DNA of 64,000 nt from a virus: the IMG/VR virus record IMGVR_UViG_3300035670_000028, positions 83,187 through 147,186 of that record, one strand, 5' to 3'. Within the stretch, counting starts at the first letter, position 1; the number at the start of each line of letters is the position of its first letter. Positions 9,755 through 19,177 of the stretch are shown here, piece by piece. The notes under the pieces were generated by a model. That model did not search any database. It saw nothing but the letters and a program-made list of their open reading frames with translations, and had not been told where the DNA came from. A program made the position numbers and the translations under genes.

Positions 9755-9791
9755 GGAGTATACTTAGCTGTGACAGCCATAACTATACTCC
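9755..9791. promoter_or_regulatory. Imperfect 37-bp palindrome holding two opposed ATANTTA promoter motifs
   Basis: GGAGTATA...TATACTCC arms; ATACTTA (+) at 9760, ATAGTTA (-) at 9786-9780, between divergent genes. Confidence 0.6.
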
Positions 9792-9812
9792 TGACCTGTC
9801 AAGAGATAACAG

Positions 9813-11093
9813 ATGAACGAGAGGCAGCTAAGAGGTGTGATACGACAGATTCTGCATGAGCAGAAAAGTCGAAGGACTCTTCTAGAGTACGGAGACGATG
9901 GCGATGGCGATGGCGGTGCACTCTATAAAGCATTTGTATCTCCATTTGTTGATGTCCTTCAGGCAACTAAACTCGCGAGTCAAGGCATTCTCAACTCGAT
10001 CAAGCTTGTTTTTAAGACACTAATCACGCTAAGTCCAAAGAAGCTTGTTGAGGCTCGAAATGACTACACAAAAGTCAAAGACACTCTAGACAAGGAATGG
10101 GGGCCTCTCATGAAGAAGGCCAGAGACTCTGTCGAGAACAGCGACTTTGGTCTTGTCACATTTGCAGTTGCTCCGAATCTATTTTTCGGGTATCAGCTTG
10201 CAAAGTTTGGAGCTGACGCGCCAGGAACCGTTGTTGATTATTTTGAGGGTGCTGGGTGGGACGTTCCTCTGGGTGAGTGGATAAGAAAGACACCCGATGA
10301 GAGAGACTCAAGTGGTAGAGGCGGAGGAGGACGTGACGATGATGAAAGTGAGGGTGGCATAATGAAGTCCCTCCGAACGTTCTTCTTTGGTGAGGGTGTT
10401 AGTAGCAAGATTGGACCTGACGGAAGACTGCTAAGCGAGGCAGAAGAGGATGAGAAAAAGCAAGACAAATCAGGCCTCTCTAAGTCCAACATCAATGAGA
10501 AGATTAACGAATACTTTGCAGAGACGGGCTTCGATAAGACGCTCGATGATCTAGCCGATCAGTTTGTGAAAGCAAAGCAAAATCACGCTGATAAGCTTGT
10601 TGCAGCCTCTAAGCAGCAGACAGACACTCTCAAGGCATTCGCAGCTGCGAAGGACATCCCTGAGTTCGAGAAGGTTATTGAGTCCTCAAAGAAGCTCGGC
10701 GCTGATGTCTCAGAAATACAGAAGAAAATTGATGAGCTCAAGAGAGACATCACAAAGAAGTCTGAGGATCTGCTCGAAGATCCAAAGTTCAAGGAAGACA
10801 TCAAGAAGAAAGCAAAGGGAAAAGAGCTTTCAGATGCCGACATGAAAAAGGCTACAGAAAATGCAGCAGCTAAGGCTGCTGAAGAGGCCATTGGTGAGCT
10901 CAAGAAAAGCGTGAGTGATGCCCTTAAAGAGTCATTCGACCAGATAAAAAAGCAGATACGAGATGAGCTGACAGATGACATGCCAGATCAAAAGAGCCCA
11001 TTCTACAAGGCATTTGCCGCATCACCTCGCGGTAAAGAGATTCTTGCAATAGTCGATAAAGCAGTCAACTCTGTGGGTCCCACCGGTGGATGA
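9813..11093 (+). CDS. Hypothetical tagged helical protein
   Basis: MNERQLRGVIRQILHE N-terminus, 426 aa. Confidence 0.8.
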   Translation: MNERQLRGVIRQILHEQKSRRTLLEYGDDGDGDGGALYKAFVSPFVDVLQATKLASQGILNSIKLVFKTLITLSPKKLVEARNDYTKVKDTLDKEWGPLMKKARDSVENSDFGLVTFAVAPNLFFGYQLAKFGADAPGTVVDYFEGAGWDVPLGEWIRKTPDERDSSGRGGGGRDDDESEGGIMKSLRTFFFGEGVSSKIGPDGRLLSEAEEDEKKQDKSGLSKSNINEKINEYFAETGFDKTLDDLADQFVKAKQNHADKLVAASKQQTDTLKAFAAAKDIPEFEKVIESSKKLGADVSEIQKKIDELKRDITKKSEDLLEDPKFKEDIKKKAKGKELSDADMKKATENAAAKAAEEAIGELKKSVSDALKESFDQIKKQIRDELTDDMPDQKSPFYKAFAASPRGKEILAIVDKAVNSVGPTGG

Positions 11094-11286
11094 TCTCCGC
11101 CTAATCATTCGTGAGATTCTGCTCGAGGAGTTCATCGGCAACAAGGGCGGAGTGAACTACTACCAGATGGGTGGCTCTATCGGAAAACCTGAGCTCTACA
11201 ATCTAGACTCCAAGGGAAGGCCCACAAGAGATCCGGGCGTCCCAGGACTCAAAAAGCGTAAGAGAAACAGAAAACGCAAAGAGTGA
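11086..11286 (+). CDS. Small tagged protein with basic tail
   Basis: LRLIIREILLEE. Confidence 0.65.
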   Translation: MDDLRLIIREILLEEFIGNKGGVNYYQMGGSIGKPELYNLDSKGRPTRDPGVPGLKKRKRNRKRKE

Positions 11287-11309
11287 CTCAAATATTTAGG
11301 AAAGACGCC

Positions 11310-12236
11310 ATGAATAGAAGAGAAGAGCAGGTAATCCGCGATTACGTTCGAATGCAGTTGATAGAGCAGCGTCTACACGAGGCGTCGCAGGGAATGCTAA
11401 CAAAAGCACTCGAGACTGTCACTGATAAGATTGAGTCCGTTCTGAGCAATCTCAGGCAGCTAGGCGGCGATCGCAAAGAGCTACTAGACACGCTCAAGAA
11501 GAACGATGGAACTGAAGCCCTGTCTGCTATTCAGAAACAGGGTGGTGATCTCACAAAACTTGTGAGTGTCCTAAAGACTGCTACACCTGAGCTCAAGGAG
11601 GGCACGAGAGCCCACCGACGTCACCTCCTCGCAGAGGCTAGAATGCGAGTAACAGACAGGAGGGTGCTCATCAATGAGTCACTGACACTTTTTGCTGCAA
11701 CAGGGCTAGTGTTTGCAATCATTGGTGGAATTCCACTTGTGCTTAAAGCACTGGGATGGATTGTTGGTAAGACAAAGTTTAAGTCAGCAGCAGAGAAGAT
11801 AAACAAGGCAGCTGAGTTCTTCCATCACCTCGAAGAGGCGTGGATGAGTCTCATTCCAAATAAGCCGCTCTACGCTGTCTACATAATGCTCGAGAGTAAA
11901 AATGAACCGGAGCGTGTTGCGAATCTCAAGATATATGAAGAGGATCCAGAGAATCCTGTTAAGGGCGGCGTTGGATCCAGATCAATGACATTTGAGGAAT
12001 TTGAAAAGTCAAAGCTGAAAGTTAAGTACGAGAAGTACGCTTACGCAATCATTATGCTGCCGTGGCTCATAAGCGGTCTCACACAGCTCCATCATGCACT
12101 GCATGGGTGGCTTGGTGCGGTGGAAGCCGCTGCCACCGCTGAGAAGACGTTGTTTGTGGGCACTGCCACTGCCGATGTTGTGACAAAGGGTGCTGCAGAG
12201 CTATCTGCTGCTGCTAAAGCGCTGTCTTCTGTCTGA
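11310..12236 (+). CDS. Tagged protein with hydrophobic segments
   Basis: IRDYVRMQLIE; TM-like LFAATGLVFAIIGGIPLVL; ATATTTA at 11292. Confidence 0.75.
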   Translation: MNRREEQVIRDYVRMQLIEQRLHEASQGMLTKALETVTDKIESVLSNLRQLGGDRKELLDTLKKNDGTEALSAIQKQGGDLTKLVSVLKTATPELKEGTRAHRRHLLAEARMRVTDRRVLINESLTLFAATGLVFAIIGGIPLVLKALGWIVGKTKFKSAAEKINKAAEFFHHLEEAWMSLIPNKPLYAVYIMLESKNEPERVANLKIYEEDPENPVKGGVGSRSMTFEEFEKSKLKVKYEKYAYAIIMLPWLISGLTQLHHALHGWLGAVEAAATAEKTLFVGTATADVVTKGAAELSAAAKALSSV

Positions 12237-12293
12237 TTTACAGATCTTCTGCGCACATTACTATTCTCTGAGATTTCTATCCTGGAGAGCGTA

Positions 12294-12659
12294 ATGTCGA
12301 AGACTGGCAAATCAAAGAAGTGGGTCCCACAAATTGAGTATGAGGAGGCAGAGAACGGCCTCACGTCCAACATACCATTTATCACTGTTCCAGACGGTGA
12401 GGAGATGCCTAGGATGCTCTTCGTCTTTGAGTCAAGGGACACGGGCGAGATCGAGCCAGGTCCGGAGGGTGAGGATGTGCCTGTGGTCGAGCTCAACCTG
12501 CATCAGTACGTGAACATGGTAAACCTGAAGATGGGTCTCACACCTGCTGAGTACGATAGAGTGCGGTTTGTTCTCGGCCTCGATCCCCTGAAGAAGGCTG
12601 AAGAGGCGGGCAAGAAGATAACAGATGCGGTTCGAAAGAAGGTTGAAGGATCTAACTGA
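12294..12659 (+). CDS. Hypothetical protein
   Basis: GGAG SD, ORF. Confidence 0.7.
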   Translation: MSKTGKSKKWVPQIEYEEAENGLTSNIPFITVPDGEEMPRMLFVFESRDTGEIEPGPEGEDVPVVELNLHQYVNMVNLKMGLTPAEYDRVRFVLGLDPLKKAEEAGKKITDAVRKKVEGSN

Positions 12660-12720
12660 CTTCAATGTAAACGATGCGAACTTCACATATAATTCCTTGC
12701 GGCTCTAGCAAGGAATACTA

Positions 12721-13383
12721 GTGGCATCAATTACAAGAGATATTGCAGTAAAGTCAATTCAGAGAATGACGCAGTTTCACAAAGAGACGAATGATCTCTT
12801 TGAGAAGTATGGCATGGATCTACTCTCTGATCTCGGAAGAAGAAATACTCTACTCTCTACTGCGCAAGAAAAATTCTTTAGTGATTCACTGAGAGAATCA
12901 GGCTATACTGTTTCCAGCGATGGTAGACCAGGACAGCCTGATATCATTGTGACAGATCCTGTAACAGGTCACACTTCTGAGCTAGAGTGCAAGCTAACAA
13001 CTAGAAACTCGTCAGGCGGTGTTGTTCTTCAGACAGATTATGAGACGCTGCAGAAGAAAGGGACACTCGACTACCTCTACGTGATTGCCAGCCCTGAGTT
13101 CACAGAGTTCTGTGTGCTATACTTCACAGGACTCACGTCGGATGACTTCAGGGTGCCGGCTGCTGGCTCTAGAGGCAAGGCGGGCATGGTCAAGCACCGG
13201 TGCTACAACAAAGCAACTGTTCTTATGGGTGAGTACAGGAGCCTGAGAGCTGATAATCTGTCACGCCTCGAATCGCTCATGGCGTCCAAAATTCCTCCGT
13301 GGAAGAGAAAAAAGTGTGAGAAGTCTCTAGAGTATTGGCGTTCAGCACCCGATCGGCATAGTGTTGTGCTGGAAACAATCTGA
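12721..13383 (+). CDS. PD-(D/E)xK restriction-endonuclease-like protein
   Basis: GQPDIIV...ELECK motif. Confidence 0.6.
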   Translation: MASITRDIAVKSIQRMTQFHKETNDLFEKYGMDLLSDLGRRNTLLSTAQEKFFSDSLRESGYTVSSDGRPGQPDIIVTDPVTGHTSELECKLTTRNSSGGVVLQTDYETLQKKGTLDYLYVIASPEFTEFCVLYFTGLTSDDFRVPAAGSRGKAGMVKHRCYNKATVLMGEYRSLRADNLSRLESLMASKIPPWKRKKCEKSLEYWRSAPDRHSVVLETI

Positions 13384-13428
13384 CAACACGCATAGTTAGA
13401 TTGGACACCAATATACTGGAGAATTTCT

Positions 13429-13929
13429 ATGAAGTTTGACGCAGATCGTTTCGCAAAGCTCGCAGGCCTTCCAGCTAGTGACAAGGCTGGGGCAGCTGCA
13501 CCAAAGTCCTCCGCCTCGCGCTCTGTTATGACTGAGGGCCGCCGCGCTGCAAGGGCAAAGGCTCCCGTGCTCAATGAGTCTGCAGAGGTTCAGAAGCTTC
13601 GTGCTATCATTCGCAGAGAGACTCTCTCTGTCATCAAGGAGATGCGCGAGGGCGCACTCAGCAGGGTTCAGGGGAAGAAGTCTCTGAACGAGGCGGTCAC
13701 AATGGGCTTCTACGGTCCAGGGTTCGGTGGCAAGTCCTTTATCCTCGGCGGTCCAATGACCTCAGCTTCTCGTTTCGCCAGCCTCAAGGAAGTTGACGAG
13801 ATGGACGAGGTCGACGAGATGGACGAGGTCGACGAGATGGACGAGGTCGACGAGATGGACGAGGTCGACGAGATGGACGAGGCAGACGACAAGCATGAGA
13901 TGGACGAGGCAGACGACGACGAAGAGTGA
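13429..13929 (+). CDS. Tagged protein with acidic DEMDEV repeats
   Basis: RFAKLAGL and LRAIIRRE motifs; ATAGTTA at 13392. Confidence 0.8.
   Translation: MKFDADRFAKLAGLPASDKAGAAAPKSSASRSVMTEGRRAARAKAPVLNESAEVQKLRAIIRRETLSVIKEMREGALSRVQGKKSLNEAVTMGFYGPGFGGKSFILGGPMTSASRFASLKEVDEMDEVDEMDEVDEMDEVDEMDEVDEMDEADDKHEMDEADDDEE
13795..13884 (+). repeat. 18-bp coding tandem repeat GACGAGATGGACGAGGTC (4 perfect + 1 near-perfect)
   Basis: Read directly. Confidence 0.95.
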
Positions 13930-13999
13930 TCTGATCTAGTTACATCTGCTTATACAATCGACTCACCTCCGAGTACAATATTGCTTGAGGTGAGTCGAA

Positions 14000-14404
14000 A
14001 TGCATAGTGTAGGTGATATTGTATTCATCGTCTCGAACAAGAAACGCCAGGTCTTTCCTGTGCAGGTCGTCGAGCAGGTGATTAGAAAGACACTTGAGGG
14101 TGAGCAGGTCACCTACAAGGTGAAGATTCCTGGTGCAGACACCAAGCCTGTCGATCTGCACGCAATCGATGGTACCGTTCACTTGTCACTCAAGGCTGTG
14201 CGGGAGTTCCTGTACTCTCAGGCGACAAGTGCAATCGATGAAGTCGTTAGCACTGCCCAGGAGCTGTGTGCCTCATTTGGGGGCGAACCTGACAACGGTC
14301 ATGTGACTGAGGCAGCTGCACACGAGAACGGCGCGTCCAACAAGGTAAAAGTGAAGCTAAGTGACGGGACCAGTGCAACGGTGACCCTACCTGATGTACA
14401 GTGA
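14000..14404 (+). CDS. Hypothetical protein with SH3/KOW-like N-terminus
   Basis: VGDIVFIV; GAGG SD. Confidence 0.7.
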   Translation: MHSVGDIVFIVSNKKRQVFPVQVVEQVIRKTLEGEQVTYKVKIPGADTKPVDLHAIDGTVHLSLKAVREFLYSQATSAIDEVVSTAQELCASFGGEPDNGHVTEAAAHENGASNKVKVKLSDGTSATVTLPDVQ

Positions 14405-14408
14405 TAAC

Positions 14409-15227
14409 ATGGCAGAACGCAAGACTCGAGTGCTCCTGATCGACGGTTACAACATGCTCCACCGCTCACGGAGCGGCTGGACAAAGGGCGAGAATCCCAT
14501 CATCTTCAACTTCTTCAGGTCCTTCCGTGCTGTCGTGGACAAGTTCAAGCCTGACGTCACCTACTTCGTCCTCGAGGGGCGACCTGTCAAGCGGCTCGAG
14601 ACGATGGCCGAGTACAAGGGGCAGCGCGAGTACCACGACCGCGACGACTTCAAACGACAGCGCAAGTGGATCATCCAGAAGCTCAAGGAACGCTTCCCGG
14701 TTCGTGTGGTTCGGCACCCCCACTACGAGTGCGACGACGTCCTCGCCGCGCTTGCAACAGTGCGTCACCCTGACGCCGACTGTGTCGTGGTGTCCTCTGA
14801 CACCGACTTCCACCAGCTCCTCCAGAGCCACAAGAGCCTCAAGCTGTTCAATCCCGTCAAGAAGGAGTTTGTTCAGACGCCGGAGCACGACTACGTGGTC
14901 TGGAAGGCCCTCCGCGGTGACTCGTCCGACAACATTCCCGGCTTCAAGGGTATCGGTGACAAGCGCGCCCTGCAGCTCGTTTCCGATCCTGCTGCCCTCG
15001 AGGAGTTTCTCGCCGAGCCCGGCAATCGCGAGCTGTTCGACCGCAATATCAGCATGATCAGGTTCCACGACCTCAGCGCAGAGCTGTCTGCTCTCGAGAC
15101 GCACTTCTGCGACGCCGAGGTCGACTGGCAGTCTGTTCGGACTGACTTCAATGACATGAAGTTCTTCTCCATCACGACTCCCAAGTCCTGGGACAAGTTC
15201 GTCAAGACATTCGACAGCCTCACCTGA
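14409..15227 (+). CDS. 5'-3' exonuclease / flap endonuclease (PolA N-terminal, T4 RNase H family)
   Basis: LLIDGYN, YKGQR, ECDD, SSDTD, GDSSDNIPGFKGIG motifs. Confidence 0.92.
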   Translation: MAERKTRVLLIDGYNMLHRSRSGWTKGENPIIFNFFRSFRAVVDKFKPDVTYFVLEGRPVKRLETMAEYKGQREYHDRDDFKRQRKWIIQKLKERFPVRVVRHPHYECDDVLAALATVRHPDADCVVVSSDTDFHQLLQSHKSLKLFNPVKKEFVQTPEHDYVVWKALRGDSSDNIPGFKGIGDKRALQLVSDPAALEEFLAEPGNRELFDRNISMIRFHDLSAELSALETHFCDAEVDWQSVRTDFNDMKFFSITTPKSWDKFVKTFDSLT

Positions 15228-15278
15228 TTTACCCAGCGCAGCGTGCAGATAGGATTTCTGCATTCCACGGAGGTATGT

Positions 15279-15473
15279 ATGACAGCTCGTAAGCCGGTGA
15301 GTGACCGGGATCTTGTATCACTTAGACAGCGCGGCCTGATCCTCGCTGAAGAGACTGCTTTCTGGCAGGACGGCGTTCTAACAGTAGAAAACCTTATCAA
15401 TAAGCAGCAGAGGCTACTGACAGTCGATGTCAGCACTCTACTAGAGTCAAATAGAAGGGTGCTAAAGGGCTGA
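15279..15473 (+). CDS. Small hypothetical protein
   Basis: GGAGG SD; TGATG coupling to groEL. Confidence 0.65.
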   Translation: MTARKPVSDRDLVSLRQRGLILAEETAFWQDGVLTVENLINKQQRLLTVDVSTLLESNRRVLKG

Positions 15474-17110
15474 TGACTGCATTTAAGAACCTCACGTTCG
15501 GGGATGAGGCCCGAGAGAAGATCCAGCGTGGCGTCAATATTCTCTCCGACGCTGTGAAGGTCACAATGGGTCCTCGAGGCCGCAACGTGATCATCGAGAG
15601 GGAGTCTGGCCCACCGCACCTGACGAAGGACGGCGTGACAGTCGCCCAGGCAATCGACCTCAGGGACAGGTTCGAGAATCTCGGAGCGCAGATGGTGAAG
15701 GAGGCCGCACAGCGGAGCGCCGAGATCGCAGGCGACGGCACCACGACCTCCACAGTCCTCGCCCAGGAGATCTACAACGAGGGCCTCAAGATGATCTCTG
15801 CGGGATTCGAGCAGTCAGAGGTGTGCAAGGGCATCACGGACGCCGCGGCCGCCGTGATTCAGTCCGTGTCAGAGATCTCACGCCCCATTGTGAGCGATGA
15901 GGACATCGTGCACGTCGGAACAATTTCCGCCAACGGGGACCGAGAGATCGGTGAGCTCATTGCTCGGGCCCTGTCATCGGTGGGTCGTGATGGCACGGTC
16001 ACTGTCGAGGAGGCGAAGGGATTTGAGTCGACCCTCGACGTGGTCGACGGCACCCAGATTCCGCGCGGCTACCTCTCACCCTACTTCGTCACCAACCACG
16101 ACAAGCTCCTGTGCGAGCTCGACAACCCGTACATCATTCTCGTCAACAAGACCATTTCCTCCATCAAGGAGCTGCTCCCGTTGCTCGAGCGCCTGCACAA
16201 TGAGAAGCGATCTGCCCTTCTCATATCTGACGACCTCGACGCCGAGGCACTGCAGGCACTTGCTGTCAATAAGTTGAAGGGCATCCTGTCCATCTGCGCA
16301 ATCAAGGCCCCGGAGTTTGGGGACACGCGGGTCCACACGTTCGACGACCTGTCGCTTCTCACCGGCGCGTCTGTGATCAATGCAGCGACACTTGACTCAG
16401 GCAAGGCATTTGACACACTCACACTCACCGCCTGCAAGAAGGCCATTGTCACCAAGACGTCGACTACGCTAGTGGGCTGCAAGCCACCCAGCGCCGACCT
16501 CCTCACAGAGCGTGTGAAGTCCCTCAGGGAGAAGCTCAGCGACCCCTCGCTGCAGGGTCCAGAGAGGGAAGTGACGCAGCGTCGGCTCTCAAGGATATCC
16601 GGAGGAGTCGCTGTGCTTCGTGTCGGTGGATCCACGGAGATTGAACTGAAGGAGCGCAAGGACAGGGTCGATGACGCACTCCACGCAACCCAGGCTGCAA
16701 TCGAGGAGGGCATTGTTCCTGGTGGTGGAACTGCCTTGATCCGCGCCTCGAAGTGCTTGGATAAGCTTGTACAAAGGGATGAGGACAGCTACAATTGTGG
16801 AGTTAGAATCATGAGGACAGCGTGTGAGGCTCCCATGAGGCAGATTATTCTTAACTCCGGCGTGTCACCAGACATTATTCTGGAGCGTGTAAAGAAGATG
16901 AAGGGAAGCCAGGGCTATGACGCTCGAGGCGAGACATACAAGGACCTGATCGCTGTGGGAATCATTGATCCCACGAAGGTCGTCAAGTCAGCTGTGAAGC
17001 ACGCAGCTTCCGTTGCGTGCAACCTTCTGTCCATCGGTGCTGCTGTCACTTACGATGTGAGAGAAGCTTCTGACGACATGTCACAAGATAGTTCGCTTTT
17101 GTTCGGTTAA
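15473..17110 (+). CDS. groEL: Chaperonin GroEL
   Basis: VKVTMGPRGRNV, TKDGVTVA, AGDGTTT, EEGIVPGGG, IIDP motifs. Confidence 0.97.
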   Translation: MTAFKNLTFGDEAREKIQRGVNILSDAVKVTMGPRGRNVIIERESGPPHLTKDGVTVAQAIDLRDRFENLGAQMVKEAAQRSAEIAGDGTTTSTVLAQEIYNEGLKMISAGFEQSEVCKGITDAAAAVIQSVSEISRPIVSDEDIVHVGTISANGDREIGELIARALSSVGRDGTVTVEEAKGFESTLDVVDGTQIPRGYLSPYFVTNHDKLLCELDNPYIILVNKTISSIKELLPLLERLHNEKRSALLISDDLDAEALQALAVNKLKGILSICAIKAPEFGDTRVHTFDDLSLLTGASVINAATLDSGKAFDTLTLTACKKAIVTKTSTTLVGCKPPSADLLTERVKSLREKLSDPSLQGPEREVTQRRLSRISGGVAVLRVGGSTEIELKERKDRVDDALHATQAAIEEGIVPGGGTALIRASKCLDKLVQRDEDSYNCGVRIMRTACEAPMRQIILNSGVSPDIILERVKKMKGSQGYDARGETYKDLIAVGIIDPTKVVKSAVKHAASVACNLLSIGAAVTYDVREASDDMSQDSSLLFG

Positions 17111-17113
17111 TAT

Positions 17114-17142
17114 GTGCAAAGTTCGCTCTAACGTGGTAGGAT
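17114..17142 (+). promoter_or_regulatory. GTGCAA-N17-TAGGAT promoter upstream of the sigma operon
   Basis: Matches recurrent GTGYAA-N17-TAnnnT motif. Confidence 0.6.
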
Positions 17143-17180
17143 GAATCAACCCCTGCAATCAATGCTAGGAGATACTTGAG

Positions 17181-17522
17181 ATGAGTAACAGACACAATAA
17201 CGCAAACAGAGACCGGCACCAGGATAATGACGACGTTGTTGTCGACAACACCTATGACGTGACCGGTAATACCTACACACGCCAGACGCTAGAAGCCCTC
17301 AGCGAGGGAGAGCTCGGACACATCGAGACCACGATGATTAGACACATCAATTCACTGCGTTCGAAGGGCAAGAAGACGTATCCTTACGAGGTGGAGCTCT
17401 GCTACGTTCAGGACGAGATCAATCGGCGGGCTGATATGATTGCTGCAGCCGCCGAGTACGCGAAGCGTCACAACCCGGGCTGGAGTCTTCAGGGCGATCA
17501 GGCCGGAGTTGACGCAGAATGA
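17181..17522 (+). CDS. Hypothetical protein
   Basis: AGGAG SD, ORF. Confidence 0.7.
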   Translation: MSNRHNNANRDRHQDNDDVVVDNTYDVTGNTYTRQTLEALSEGELGHIETTMIRHINSLRSKGKKTYPYEVELCYVQDEINRRADMIAAAAEYAKRHNPGWSLQGDQAGVDAE

Positions 17523-18298
17523 AGGACACTCTCGAATCATTCTTCCAGCAGGTTGGCAAGACTGATCTGCTTACACGTGACCAGGAGATCGAACTGTCCA
17601 AGCTCATCGAGTCGGGCGACAAGAGAGCCCGTGACAAGATGATCAAGGCCAACCTCCGGCTAGCCATCAGCATCGCCAAGCAGTACCAGAACAAGGGCTG
17701 CGACATGGAGGACCTGATCCAGGAGTCCTCCATCGGCCTGATCAAGGCGATCGATCGATTCGATTGGCGCCGCGGCTTCAAGTTCTCAACCTACGCCTGC
17801 TGGTGGATCAAGCAGTCCGTGCGTCGGCACATCGCTTCCCACAGTGCCTCCTTCAAGCTGCCTGCCTACGCGAAGAACATGATGTTCAAGATCCAGCAGG
17901 CGGCCGCCGAGTACGAGGAGGAGTTCGGTCAGCGACCCACGCAGCAGGAGATCGCAGATCTCCTCGGCGTCTCCACTGACATGATCAGCTCCATGATCGA
18001 CTGCGCGATGCCCACCGTGTCCATCGACAAGGCGATCGGTGCGGATGGCAGTGGCAACACCAAGACCCTGCGTGACGTCCTTCCTGATGACTCCGACCCT
18101 GTGGACGTCGTGATGGACAAGCAGAAGATTGTTGGTGTTCTGCGTCACGCGCTGAGCACACTCACTCCCCGTGAGGAGCGCATTGTTCGCCTTCGGTTTG
18201 GAATCGCCGAGGACGACAACGACACTGATAACTTTCCGATCACTGAGACAGAGTACAATGCACTTCTCGTTGAGAAGGCAGCTAAGGAGAAGCGCTGA
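17519..18298 (+). CDS. Sigma70-family sigma factor (regions 1.2-4.1; region 4.2 absent)
   Basis: ANLRL, DLIQE, GFKFSTYACWWIKQ, PTQQEIA, LTPREERIVRLRFGI. Confidence 0.93.
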   Translation: MKDTLESFFQQVGKTDLLTRDQEIELSKLIESGDKRARDKMIKANLRLAISIAKQYQNKGCDMEDLIQESSIGLIKAIDRFDWRRGFKFSTYACWWIKQSVRRHIASHSASFKLPAYAKNMMFKIQQAAAEYEEEFGQRPTQQEIADLLGVSTDMISSMIDCAMPTVSIDKAIGADGSGNTKTLRDVLPDDSDPVDVVMDKQKIVGVLRHALSTLTPREERIVRLRFGIAEDDNDTDNFPITETEYNALLVEKAAKEKR

Positions 18299-18591
18299 TG
18301 AGCATGCCCAAGGGTTTCAAGTCTCGAAAGGGTTACGCGACCATCACGGAGATTCCGGGTGGCATGGACTACCGGAGAATCGCGGAGCGAATGTCCGCTG
18401 ACGGCGACAAGATGAACCACGCGACCGCACGCAACGTCTTCCTCAAGGCGATGATGAAGATCGCTGGACCCATCCACGAGCTGTATCAGATGGACACCTC
18501 TGAGGATTCCGTGATGAGAACTGCGAAGGATCCGGAGTTTCAGGCAGGCGTTGTTGACATGCTGGATGAGTACGGTCCCAGCAAGATCTAG
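18298..18591 (+). CDS. Sigma region-4.2-like HTH protein
   Basis: GMDYRRIAERM...MNHATARNVFLKAMMKI; TGATG overlap and AAGGAG SD. Confidence 0.6.
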   Translation: MSMPKGFKSRKGYATITEIPGGMDYRRIAERMSADGDKMNHATARNVFLKAMMKIAGPIHELYQMDTSEDSVMRTAKDPEFQAGVVDMLDEYGPSKI

Positions 18592-18599
18592 GAGAGCAC

Positions 18600-18953
18600 A
18601 TGGCAAGAGGTCTTAAAATCGAGTGGCGGGTCTACAGTGCTCGCCGTCGAATTTCGGTGAAAGCGCTAATTGAGCAAGGCATCGTAACTGACTATGGCAG
18701 CTTTGTCGCCTACTGTGAGACGATGTCAGTCATTCCAATGTCGGAGTCTGACTTTAACGCAGAGGCTAGCCTTCACGTTAGAGTCTCTGTTGCTGAAGAA
18801 GCAGCGAACAAGGATGAGAAGTCTACTGATGCTCCTGCTAATGTGATTGAAGCCACTGTGTGGCTGGCGGGTGTAAAGGAGGAATTGCCGCCTGCACCTG
18901 AGGAGAAGAAGACGAGCAAGAAGCCCAAGAAGCAGGAAATCTCGCAGGACTGA
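18600..18953 (+). CDS. Hypothetical protein
   Basis: AGGAG SD. Confidence 0.7.
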   Translation: MARGLKIEWRVYSARRRISVKALIEQGIVTDYGSFVAYCETMSVIPMSESDFNAEASLHVRVSVAEEAANKDEKSTDAPANVIEATVWLAGVKEELPPAPEEKKTSKKPKKQEISQD

Positions 18954-18955
18954 TA

Positions 18956-19177
18956 ATGAGTCCGTTTATTAAGCGTGTGGTGTTCGGATGCACAATTGTG
19001 CTCAACACTGTTCTATTCGCTTATAACCTGCTTGAGAGGGAGGACATTCCCTCCGCAGCCCTCAATGTCTGCGTGTGCATCATCTCATGGATAGGCATCT
19101 ACTTTGTGAATGCCGCTGAACAACTGGATAAGCAACTAGGAAACACAACAGGAGAATACGATGACGACGATGAATAA
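18956..19177 (+). CDS. Small two-TM membrane protein
   Basis: Two hydrophobic segments. Confidence 0.6.
   Translation: MSPFIKRVVFGCTIVLNTVLFAYNLLEREDIPSAALNVCVCIISWIGIYFVNAAEQLDKQLGNTTGEYDDDDE

Noticed and set aside
13795-13920. Tandem repeat as a CRISPR array
   Set aside because: Units are contiguous, in-frame and have no spacers; no cas genes in the window.
18280-18300. Programmed frameshift fusing sigma and HTH genes
   Set aside because: No slippery heptamer is visible, and a good AAGGAG SD precedes the downstream ATG; coupled initiation is simpler, though fusion is not excluded.
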